From: an uncultured Planctomycetota bacterium
Lineage (GTDB): Bacteria > Planctomycetota > Planctomycetia > Planctomycetales > Planctomycetaceae
Direction: 5' to 3'
NCBI GenBank assembly: GCA_963761455.1
Contig: CAVXHA010000003.1
Span: forward strand, 958,036 to 1,022,035
Length of the DNA stretch: 64,000 nucleotides
In this document: positions 10,657 to 21,003 of the stretch, piece after piece
Layout of the letters: the number at the start of each line of letters is the position of its first letter
How positions within the stretch are numbered: position 1 is the stretch's first letter
Position numbers and translations under genes: made by a program
The notes under the pieces: model-generated
What the model was told of the DNA's origin: nothing
Database searches by the model: none
What the model saw: only the letters and a program-made list of their open reading frames with translations

Positions 10657-13318
10657 ATGCCAGGTTTCATCCGGCTTTGTCTTCATTCGCGCCTAAGACA
10701 CGCGATCGTTTGGGCCCTGGCGTTTGTCGCGAGCGGGCTCCCGCTGGCGGCCGACGAGTTGCCGACCGGCTTTCACGACCGTGTCTACCGCGACGGGACG
10801 GGCGAGCATAAGTACACCGTCTTTTTGCCGGCCCAGTACAGCCCCGAAACGCGATGGCCGGTGATTTTGTACCTGCACAGTGCCAGTGCGCGGGGGACCG
10901 ACAACAGGCTGCCGATCCTCGACGGTCTGGCGCCGCACATCCGCGCTCGTGCGAACACCTTCCCGTTCGTCGTCGTCTTTCCGCAGTGCGAAGACCGGGC
11001 GGCGCAGCAGGCGAAGGGCTGGTTGGCCGAGACGCCCGACGCGCAGCGGGCCCTGCGGATTCTCGACGATGTCGAACGCGACTTTAGCATTGACCGTCGG
11101 CGTGAAATCCTCACAGGCCCATCGATGGGCGCCGTGGGGGCCTGGAGCATCGCCTGCGCCACCCCATCGCGGTGGGCGGGCGTGGTCATCGTGTCGGGGA
11201 CCGGAAATCCCGCCGATGCCGCCCAGTTGAAAGACGTCCCGATCTGGGCGTTCCACGGCGAGAAAGACCTGGCCATACCGATCGACGGCGAGCGGCGGAT
11301 GATCGACGCGGTCCGCGGGGCCGGCGGCCATCCGTATCTCACGGTCTTGCCCGGCGCCCGCCACATCATTGCCCACGTGGTCTACAGCGACGACGCGGTT
11401 TACGCCTGGATGCTCGACCCGAAAGCCGAACCACGGCCGGAACAGATTGTCCACAACTCGGAACGCAAGCCGACGCCCGCCGAGCTCGGTTTTGACATCA
11501 ACACGGCCTTCGTGCCGGCCGCTGAGGTCCCGCAAGCGGTTTACCTCCGCATCGGACGCGACGCCCTCGACGCGCTCACCAGCACCCTTCCCGAAATGCT
11601 GCCGCCCAATGCGCTCGCCGGATCGTTCGGAAGCATGCAGCGGACGGGCCGCGCGGTCGGTATGTCGTTCCAGATGCTCATCGCCGGCATGAACTACCGC
11701 GGCCAGCTGGAGCGGATGACCGTGGACTGTCGGAGCGACGGCTGGGCCGTGCTGCACCTGGGCTTGCGCAACATGACGCTGGAGATCCCACAATCGCAGC
11801 TTAGCTCGCGATTCGTCTCGGCCACCGCCGGTCCGATGTACGTGTTGATCGGCCAAAGGCGGCCGGTCTGGCTTTCGATTCCCCTCGACCCATACGTCGA
11901 AGCCGGTCACATCCGTTTCCGAACCAGTTCACCTGAATTCTCGATCCCGGCGGATGATTTTCAGGTCACCACTCCCGACGTCGAGGCGCACGGGTTGCCG
12001 TTGATCCGGCGCGAGGTCTCCAGCCGGTTCCGCGACAAGCTGGTCGAAGGCGCCTATGAACGCAAGCCGGAGATCGAGCAACTCGTGGTGCCGCGCCGTG
12101 CCGGCGTTGCTCAATCACCTCGAAGCCCGCCTGGACCGAGAGCTGGCGGTTCCCCGCACGATCGGCGGCTGGCCGATGCCCGCGCTGCAGCCGCGATTTC
12201 TGCTGTGGGCCAACGCCGTCCGGGTCGATGAATCGGGCCTCGCGCTGATTTTCGGCATGACGATCTCGCGCCCGGGCTCAACCCGCCCGAATGCGCGATT
12301 CGGAGAATCGAAGGGCGGACGTTGGAATTTGACGACATTCCGAAGACGGCCGGGCTCCAGTTCGGCGTCGCCGGCGGGGTGATGGAAGGGATTACCGCAG
12401 CGATGATCGCCGCCGGCGCCAATGGTTCCGATCTTCTCGACTTGAACCCAGAGGGACTTGCGGCGTTTAAGGATCCGAAGCGAATGTCCGAAATGATCCC
12501 GGATCTGGCCCGATTCGGCGACCGGCTGCAAGTGCGCAGCGCTCGCGCAATTGATCGAGCCGATCGCCATCACGGGCGCCCAGGAAAAAGGCCCGTCGCT
12601 CCAAGCCATCGCCGGGCGGGAGCACGGCTTGCCCTTGCCAAACACGTTCGCGTTTGGTCTGCCGAAGATACGGCTTTGCGTCGAGATCAAGACCTCGCCC
12701 GATCAGGCGAAATGGCAATCCTGCGCGCAAATTGACCTTACGTTGCGCCAACGGCTGCAAATGGATCTCCACAAGCCCAACTTCGAACGCCGGCTCGTCA
12801 ACTACGTAGCGACCGGAAAGGCCGATGTGGTCGCGACCGCCCGCTTCGCCGACGGCTTCGAACCGCACAACTCACGGATTGGCACCGACCAAATTGCAAA
12901 AACGATTGCCGAAGGCTGGCGGAGCGGCGGACAGATGCAGTTGATGCACGACATCGAGGCCCGCGATCTGTTCTTCGGCAGCGCGCGGTTCCGGGCGGCC
13001 GACGTGGGGTGGCTGGATCCCTTTTCGGTGAAATTTTACGTGCCGGCCCACACGCGAATCACGAATTCCATGTCCGAACCGGTCGAGTATGTCATCCGCG
13101 TTCCCTTGAGCGATTGGGGTGGGCCTTACCGCCTCAAGCCCGGACAATCGCATGAATTCAATGTTCCCTACTCGTTGATCGTCCGCTACCGAACGCGGGA
13201 CGGCGAAATCACCCGAACCGTCCCGCTCGGCACACAGTGCGTGCTGGTTCCCACGCCGGACGGCACGGGACCTCCGCCGCTTCAGGTGGAGACCTCGGCG
13301 GGGAGCGTAAGACAATGA
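10657..13318 (+). CDS. Secreted alpha/beta-hydrolase (esterase/peptidase-like) fused to an unknown C-terminal region of about 600 aa. About 3 apparent frameshifts (12090, 12290, 12540).
   Basis: Signal-like MPGFIRLCLHSRLRHAIVWALAFVASGLPLAA. Hydrolase domain with PVILYLHSA, nucleophile elbow GPSMGAVGAW, HGEKDLAIP, ARHIIAH. The C-terminal part is stitched from ORFs 10519, 12056, 12322 and 12551 and has no motif I recognise. Confidence 0.7.
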
Positions 13319-13364
13319 GCCGATTCGCTCACCACAATCCAGTGTCGTTTAATCCCGGTGTCGT

Positions 13365-16211
13365 ATGAAGGCGATGCGATCGATGGTCCGAGCGATTCTG
13401 ATTCTCTATCACATGCTGGGACTGGCGACGTTGGCGTCGATTCTGCTGGCGACGGCCTGTTGGAGCGTATCCGCAATCGCGGGCCCCGCGCCGCCGGCGG
13501 TTTGGATCGCACTCGGACCGGTCCTTTATCTCAGTTGGCTGCTGCTCATGCTGGGAGCCAGTGCCCTCAATATGCAGCTCATCGCGCGGACTGGTTGGCA
13601 GAAGCCGCGCCGCTTTGAAACCACGTTGGACGGACGCGAGTCGCGCGACGCGGTCTTGGTCTGTGCGATCATGCTGCGCGCACTCATGATCTGGTCTCTG
13701 CCCGGAGCGCGGTATCTGTTGCGGGTCCCAATGCTCGATCGACTTCTCCTTTATTCCTATGCGCCCCGCGTTCCGATCGGGCGCCGCGCCAGATTTGGGG
13801 GCTGCTGTACGATCCGGAACTGACGACGATTGGCGAGGCCGCGGTGATCGGCGGGGATTCGACGCTCTCGGCGCATTCCGTAACGACGAAACCGGACGGA
13901 ACCCTGGTCTTCCTTTCCGCCCCGATCAACGTCGGGCCGCGAACAGTGATCGGGGCCAATTCCCGCATCGCGCTCGGCGCGCAGATTGGCGCGGACTGCA
14001 TCGTGCTGCCCGACAGCAATGTCCTGCCCTATACACGAATCCCCGCCAACCAGGTTTGGGGCGGGAACCCGGCGACATTCGTTCGCTCGCGTGAGGCCGG
14101 CGACGTCGGCGAATCGGCCCGCTCGAACCAGATCGTCGAGGCGCAGCCGACGATTTGTCCGACGCCCCTCAGAATTCACGACGCCAAGATTCATGACGCC
14201 CCAGAGGACAGCCTGGTGGACGAAATCCGCCGTCTGGTCGCCGACACACTGAGCCTTTCAGCGGATCGCGTGCCGCCCGATTTCTGCTGCGACGACTGCG
14301 CCGAGTGGGACTCACTCGCCCAGATGGCGATCGCGGCTGCGCTTTTCAACCGCTTCGACGTGACGGTTGCCTCCGCGGAGGTGTTCGGCCTGCGATCGAT
14401 CGCCGAGTTGTGCGGACTCGTGCAGCGGCGGATGGATCGCACGGCCGAGACGGCCGTGCAGGCCACCGCACTGCCGGAAGATCCGGAGCTGATCCCGCTC
14501 ATGGAGACGTCGACGGCGACACGGCTCTTGGCCCAGCGTGCGTCTACGGATCGCGAGCCGCGGCACGAGTTGGAGGTCGTTATTGCGGCGACCTTCACCG
14601 CCGATCCGCTCGTACCCACGGTCACCTTGTGGAGCCGTGCTTTTGGGATCAGGGCGAGAACCCACATGCTCGGGTTCAACCAGGTGCAGGAGTCGCTTTT
14701 GGCTCCCGATAGCCCGCTGCACAAGAACTCGGGGCTGAATCTCGTCCTCACCCGGCCGGAGGACTTGCTCTCGGCCGAGGTGGACACCGCCTATGAACGG
14801 GTCGAATCGCTGCTCGATGCACTCGGCCAATGTGCCCGTCATTCCAATGGACGCGTGGTCGTCGCCTCCTTGCCGCCCGTCGTTTCCGACCTCCAGTGGT
14901 TCGACGCCAACCTGGTCGCGAAGATCCGCGCAAGTGGAACGCCCGAATTGCCGAAAACTCGGACCTGGAGGTGATCGACCTATCTGCAGTGGTAGAAAAA
15001 CTCGGCGTCAAGGCGTCGCGATCGCCATCGATGGAGCTCCAGACGCGATCACCCTATTCTCCCATCTTGTATCAAGAGTTGGGGCGGGAAGTGGCCCGGC
15101 TAATCCGAAAACGCTATCTTCCGGCCGCCAAAGTACTCGCCCTCGACGCCGACAACACACTGTGGGGAGGCGTGGTCGCCGAAGAGGGCGCAGCGGGCGT
15201 GGAGGTCGGTGCCGACGGTCCCGGGCGCTCTTTCCAGTTGTTCCAGGATGCCGCGCTGAGACTCCGCGAGCGCGGGGTGCTCTTGGCGCTCGTCAGCCGC
15301 AACGAGCCGGCCGATGTCTGGGCCGTGTTCGACAACCATCCGGGGATGCGCCTTACGCGGTCGCACATCACGGCTTCGCGGATCAATTGGAAACCGAAGT
15401 CGCAGAATCTGAAGGAGCTGGCTTCGGAGCTGAACCTGGGTCTAGACGCGTTCGTATTTGTCGATGACGATCCGGCGAACCGGCAGGAGGTCGCCGCCAA
15501 CGCACCGGGCGTCACCGTCGTTCCGATGCCGGCCGACCCGGCCGACTATTGCCGTGCCCTCACGCAACTCTGGGTCTTCGACTCTCCAACGCGCCTCACG
15601 TCGGAGGACCGCGAGCGGGCCAGCATGATGCAACAGGAGCAAAACAGGCAGCAAATGCGGCAATCGCATGGTCAGCTTGGCGATTACCTCCGGGACTTGA
15701 AGCTGCGGGTCGAAATGCGCGAGGCAACCCCGTTCGATCTGCCGCGCGTCGCCCAGCTCGAGCAGAAGACCAACCAGTTCAACTTGTCGCTCGGCCGCCG
15801 CACGCTCGACGAGCTCAAGGCGCTGGGCCGCAACCACCCGATCTTTGTCGTCCAGGCGGCCGATCGCTTTGGCGATTACGGCCTGGTTGGAACGTGCATC
15901 GTGGTGCCCGACGACTGCGACTCGACTATCTATCGGCTCGACACACTCATTTTGAGCTGTCGTTCGCTGGGACGCGGCATCGAAGAAGCGGTGCTGCACG
16001 GGATTCTGCGCGAGGTACAAGCCCGCGGCGGCACACGATTCGAGCGCCTCTCTTTGTTCCGGGGCCGCGGAACGAGCCTGTGCGGGACTTCGTACTTCGA
16101 TTCGGCTTTTCGGAGGAGGCCGAAAATCGGTTCGTAATCCCAGTTGCGGGCGACAGCCGTCTCCCCACCCACATCGAATGGGTCCAAAAACGATCTCGGC
16201 TCGCCGGTTGA
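13365..16211 (+). CDS. Multidomain protein: TM region, left-handed beta-helix (hexapeptide) domain, acyl carrier protein domain, FkbH-like HAD-IIIC domain, GNAT-like C-terminus. About 3-4 apparent frameshifts.
   Basis: TM helices in ORF 13365. Hexapeptide repeats VIGGDSTLSAHS..VGPRTVIGANSRIALGAQIGADCIVLPDS. ACP motif AEWDSLAQMAIAAALF. HAD motif I LALDADNTLWGGVV and FVFVDDDPANRQEV (FkbH family pattern). C-terminal FGDYGLVGTCIV..LILSCRSLGRGIEEAVL. Stitched from ORFs 13365, 13844, 14830 and 15549. Confidence 0.75.
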
Positions 16212-16496
16212 CGACTTGGAATAACGTCCACAAATGCCCTAAGTCGAAACACTTCGTCCGCACTTTGTCGGAAGCGTCGTATTTGCAGCCGTGGTCGCCG
16301 CGTTTGCGACCGGTCTCTCATGCTTTTGCCAGGCGATGACATCATCCGTCTGACGACAACCTTTGACTTTGCCGGACACGTTCGTCACCATCGAGCGCCG
16401 CGTTGGCGCTGCCGACCTGTTATCAAATCCTGCGGCGTTTCACCAACGGATTGGCGACGGGAATTCGGTCGCGCATGTTCAATGGGAGAAGAGGAG

Positions 16497-16979
16497 ATGA
16501 TGGCCCGACGACATGTGCGATCCCTTGTCGGAGCGGTCCTTGTCGTCGCCGCCGTTATTGGGGTGACGCACGCCGGACTGTCCCATCGGCAGTACTACAA
16601 CGATTGGAATTATTACCCTCAGTTTGGGTACTACTATAGCAGCTATTACTACCAGCCATCCCCGGATGACCGAGGTTATAAGTATCAGTTCTGCATCTAT
16701 TATCCCTCGCACCCGCGTTATGTTTACTACTACGATCCGTTCCGGCATTACTACTGGGGAAGGCTCGACCTCAAAGGCAAGCCTGGTCACCAGTATTCGC
16801 TCTTGGCCCCGAAGGACCGGAAGGCGATGCTGACGGATATTTCCGAGGACGCTTTCCCGAAGCCGGGAACGATGCCGCCCATCCCGGAATCGAAGGACGG
16901 CACTCCGATGGAGCCCGTCAAGGTCGTTCCCAAGATCACCGGCAGCGAGGGAAAGAACCTGCCGGGAACGGAGAAATAG
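16497..16979 (+). CDS. Small secreted Tyr-rich protein of unknown function
   Basis: GGAG-like RBS (gagaagaggag) before ATG 16497. Signal/TM MMARRHVRSLVGAVLVVAAVIGV. Then YYNDWNYYPQFGYYYSSYYYQPSPDDRGYKYQFCIYYPSHPRYVYYYDPFRHYYWGRLD. Confidence 0.7.
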   Translation: MMARRHVRSLVGAVLVVAAVIGVTHAGLSHRQYYNDWNYYPQFGYYYSSYYYQPSPDDRGYKYQFCIYYPSHPRYVYYYDPFRHYYWGRLDLKGKPGHQYSLLAPKDRKAMLTDISEDAFPKPGTMPPIPESKDGTPMEPVKVVPKITGSEGKNLPGTEK

Positions 16980-16995
16980 TATTCTGTCGGGCGGG

Positions 16996-18051
16996 TCAAT
17001 CGCCCTCGCTGATCTCCGAGGACAAGAGGATCAGCTCCAGCTCCACAAACTCGCGGATCAGGCTGCGAAGGTCCTGCGGTCGGCGGAACGGCTGCTTGGC
17101 CAATAGCCGACCGACCAGGTCCGATAATTCGCGGGGAGCGTCGGGCCGAAAGCGGCGCAAAAGAGTCGGCTTGCTCTGCCTGTGTTGGACCAGCACTGCC
17201 GACGCTCCGTTGCCCACGAAGGGTAATCGTCCCGTCAGCATGCGGTACAACGAGATACCGAGGCTGTACATGTCCTTCATCACGGGCTGCGTGATTCCGG
17301 CCGTCAGTGATTCGGGTGCCAAGTAGTCGGGGGTCCCCGCGAAGTCGCCAGCCATCGTCCGGGCCGCCGAGGGGACAATCGGCCGCACGAATCCCAAATC
17401 GAGCAGTTTGACCTCGCCGTGGTGCGTGATGAAGATGTTCTGGGGCTTGATATCGCCGTGGGCAAGCCCGTCGCATTCCAGGTCTCGCATGCCGTCGGCG
17501 GTTTGACGCGCGATCCACACCGCCCGACGAAGCGACAGTCGTTCCTCAACTCGCAGCTCGTCTTCGAGGGTCCGGCCATCGGTCCATTCAAAGACGAGAT
17601 ACGGAACGTCGGCATGCGGCTCCGACCGCAGCAATTTCAAGAGATGCCGGCTTGTGACCGCTTGGCAGGCCTGTGATTCGTTGCTGACGAGCTGCCGGGC
17701 GATTGGCTCGTCGCATCGTTCCGGCCGCAATCGTTTGAGCGCACAGAGGCGCCCAGTGGTCGTCTCCATCGCCTTCCAGACTTCGGCGAAGGCGCCGATT
17801 CCGGCCAGTTCAACCGGATCGAAGCCGCGAGGGAGCGAAAGATCAGACTGACGGACAGCCTCGTGGAGGGTCCGGTGTCCGACCTCGTTGTGACGGACGT
17901 GTTCAGCCAAAGACATGCGACACCGCCCAGCGCGGCAAATCGACCCGCAATGATAATTGCCGACAGCTGCCGAACGACCTAATGAGAGTCCGCTCAGAAA
18001 CCAATGAGGAAAGAGAGGCCGGGAGGCGACCGTATCCTTCTTATCGGCCAA
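16996..18051 (-). CDS. Ser/Thr protein kinase (catalytic domain only)
   Basis: Intact ORF. Gly-loop-like GIGAFAEVW, CALKRL lysine, catalytic loop HGDIKPQNIF, DLGF (DFG equivalent), GTPDYLAPE. Alternative start at 17916. Confidence 0.85.
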   Translation of the reverse strand: MADKKDTVASRPLFPHWFLSGLSLGRSAAVGNYHCGSICRAGRCRMSLAEHVRHNEVGHRTLHEAVRQSDLSLPRGFDPVELAGIGAFAEVWKAMETTTGRLCALKRLRPERCDEPIARQLVSNESQACQAVTSRHLLKLLRSEPHADVPYLVFEWTDGRTLEDELRVEERLSLRRAVWIARQTADGMRDLECDGLAHGDIKPQNIFITHHGEVKLLDLGFVRPIVPSAARTMAGDFAGTPDYLAPESLTAGITQPVMKDMYSLGISLYRMLTGRLPFVGNGASAVLVQHRQSKPTLLRRFRPDAPRELSDLVGRLLAKQPFRRPQDLRSLIREFVELELILLSSEISEGD

Positions 18052-18091
18052 GCGATGACTCCAAAAGCAGGGATTGAGCCGCCGCGCAAAG

Positions 18092-18121
18092 AAAAACCGG
18101 GCCGGCTTTGGGCCGGCCCGG
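18092..18121 (-). terminator. Rho-independent terminator downstream of the 18232 gene end
   Basis: Minus strand reads CCGGGCCGGCC-caaa-GCCGGCCCGG followed by TTTTTCTTTG. The stem is 10 bp and GC-rich, with a T-run, about 110 nt after the stop. Confidence 0.65.
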
Positions 18122-18231
18122 TGAATTTCTATGAGGCGTAGTTGGTTCCGTGCGGCCGACTCAAGGCTTACGCTTTGGCCCGGATGCCGGTCTCATGGAG
18201 TCCACTTGTGGCGGAACTCCTTCGCCTCACG

Positions 18232-20513
18232 TTAGTTAGCCCAGATGGTGAGCCAACCGTTGTCCGCGCGGATTCTGGCAACCGTCAGGTCGACGTCTGG
18301 TCGGCCCGGCCGTGGCACGTGAATCTGCGAGTCGAGGGGCATCGTCGGCTGGATGGCCGATTCGATCTTTTGCTTGATGGCACCGGAACGCAGGACACGG
18401 CCGCCACCCGCAACGCCGACCGTTCCGCGGAGGATCGCCACTTGGCCACCATCCGCGACCAAACGCAGAGGAACCGTAATCTCCTGCGTGGGCACATCCG
18501 CCTGCCCCTCCTGCTTGAACCCGGCCCGAATCACAAGCTTGATCTCTCCGTCATCGATGGTGAAGCGGATCGGGTCCTCCTGGTCGAACACGAATTTGCT
18601 GTTCTGTTGCTCGCCGGTCGCCGGCTTTGGTTTGGCGGGCGCGGGTGCTGCCCCGGGACTGCTGGCCTGCGCGGCGGCAAGTTTCTTTGCCGCCGCGGCG
18701 AAGTCAATCGGCCGGCCGGCTAGCAGCGACAGGAATCGCTGCAACTCGGCAGCGACCTGGGCATCCGTCATCGTTTGGCCGGCGAACTTCATTTGGCTGA
18801 TGGCGTTGTTCAGCAGACTCTCATGCAAAGAGATGACTAGGCCGGCCCCGGTCGACGCCGGCCGGGTTACCCGTGTCGCCGGCCAGTTCGTCCGGACCAG
18901 CGATCTCGGCGCTCAACCGAACGAACGAATCGTTGGATTCGGGTGCGGACCATTGTCGGAAGGACGCCCGCTTGTCGTAGCCGTTTCCGCAGATCGTACC
19001 GCAGCCGCTCGTCGGACTTTTGGATCAACTGGTCGACGCTGCGCGTCGAACTCGGGCAGCACGCGGCTTTCGAGGCGCTGGGCGGCGATCGCTTCGGACT
19101 CTCCACGCCGCATGTTAGCCTGCTGGACAGCAGTGCTGTCGGCGATGCTTCCGAAGAGGGGCATACCGCTGTACCTCGTCGAGGCGCCCGTCGTGGTGTT
19201 GCTCGGTTGAACGGAGGTCATTTCGGCCGGCCCCGTCACAATCGATGGTCTTTCCATCGAATCGGAGCGGTTTTTTCGCGCTCCACCGGTGATAGCCCGA
19301 CGTGTAGATCGAAGCCTGATCGGTCACGCCGACGGTGCTGCTTTGCGTCACGCCGTTGAGGATCAAATCGAGGTTGGCGACATTCTTTCCGGGCCGCAGT
19401 CGCGACGCTGATGTCGGTCGTGGTCCACTCAGTCCCGCTCACATTCGCCCCCAGGATAAAGTCCGTGACGGGACCGGTCGTACTCTGCTGGTCGCTCAGC
19501 AGCTTGCTGAGCATCTCCTGGGAGGCCACGACCTGGAGATTGTAGTTCATGAAATGTTCGCGGACGGCCTGATCGATCAGCGCTCCCTCGTCGATCGCCG
19601 ACTTTTCCGCGGCGTCCAGGGTCTCGTAGACCTTGCGAGCCTCGGCGGAGCCTCCGTTGTCCTCATAACCTTCGAGCGCGGCAACGAGTGCGGCGAACGT
19701 TCCCGTCTCGGCCTTTTGGTCGCCCGCGCTGGGACTCGTCTGTTCGGCCTGGTTTAGCTTGGCGAGAGCCGCCGACAGCATCCTGAAGGAGGGCCGCGCC
19801 AGGAATTGACGCTGCTGAATGTCCTTGAGCGAGCTGCCCGAATCGAGCTTCTTTTGCACGGCCGCAATGACACCGTCCGACTGGTTGGACGTCAACGCGT
19901 GGCGAAGTTCGTTCGCCCGGATGAAGGGCAGCCATGCCGAACCATTTGGAACCTGATTAAGGTCCGCTTCCAGGTCCGAAAGCTGGTCCAATGCATTGGC
20001 CCGTGCCGTCTTGATCCGCTCGGCCTTGACCTCTTCCGGCTTCAATTCGAGCGTATTGAGGATCGCCAGATCGACGTCGACGCGCCGGGCCAAGCGGCCT
20101 CTGAGGGACGTTAGGGGATCGTACAGGGAGGCGAAGGCGGATCGGCGATCGCTTTGTCGATCGTGTGGATTTTCTTTTGGAGCTGCTTCAACAGGCCGCG
20201 TTGAGCCGGCGGCATCCAGCTTTTCGTCGGTGTAGAGCTTGGTGATTAGCCCCGACACACCTTTCCCCCACGCCGACCAATTCCCTGTCAGATCGGTGAA
20301 AGAATCGGGCGTAAGGCCAGAGGGGACCTCGTTTTTCAGAATTCCGTCCAGACCCGATCTTGTCCGAAGGGCCTTCCAGAGCCACGGCGGCCGAGACGGC
20401 CACACCCACGATCAAAGCGGAAGCCGCCACGCGTCGAAACGTGACAGGCCGCTCCGGAAGCCAACGCCTCCCGAAGCCAACCCCGTCGTTCTGCTCGAAC
20501 TGAAATGGACTCC
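18232..20513 (-). CDS. Large N-terminally TM-anchored protein of unknown function. About 5 apparent frameshifts.
   Basis: Stitched from ORFs 20188..20430 (TM: AASALIVGVAVSAAVAL), 19236..20405, 19115..19366, 18913..19257 and 18232..18828. The middle is alpha-helical and Ala/Leu/Glu-rich. The C-terminus is ..FTIDDGEIKLVIRAGFKQEG..VARIRADNGWLTIWAN*. No recognised domain. Confidence 0.6.
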
Positions 20514-21003
20514 ATAGAAGTTACACTCCGCTGTCCTGGATGGAACCACGATGGGCGTGCAAGGGATACGGCGGTCCTCCCGCAAGATTCGCGCGGTGGA
20601 TCCTCGCCCGATCCCTCAGACGCTACTCGCCGCAGTTCGTTGCTGTAGGAAGACCGACTGACTTTTCCCGACGGCGCCGGTCGCAGGTATGCGACTGAAT
20701 CTGCTTGCCGGACCCGTCCCGCAGTTTGGCGTGTTCATTGGTTCTGCCCAGTTTAACCATCTTTGATATGCCGGCAGTCCCCCCACGCCGCCTTAACCCT
20801 CAAGGCTTTTAGTACCCGCAAAGTCTAATGCGACTGGTATTGTTGTGCAATTCACTCGTTTCCGCGTTTCTCCCTGGCTTCCCGAAAGTGGCTTTGCGAG
20901 TCTCCGTAGATTCGGACCCATGGGTCGACATTCCGCAGCAAATTGCATGCGGATTATAATTTCCATTAGGTTTTCGCGCGATTCGTCACCCCGAGCGGGT
21001 GCC

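Noticed and set aside
10693-11910. 405 aa minus-strand ORF
   Set aside because: It is antisense to the esterase domain, which has a clear nucleophile elbow. It is Arg/Gly/Val/Asp-rich with no recognisable family pattern.
20955-20960. Perfect TATAAT about 45 nt upstream of the uvrD GTG
   Set aside because: No acceptable -35 hexamer lies at 16-18 nt spacing (the TTGCAT nearby is only about 6 nt away). A single hexamer in a less GC-rich spacer is not enough to call a promoter.
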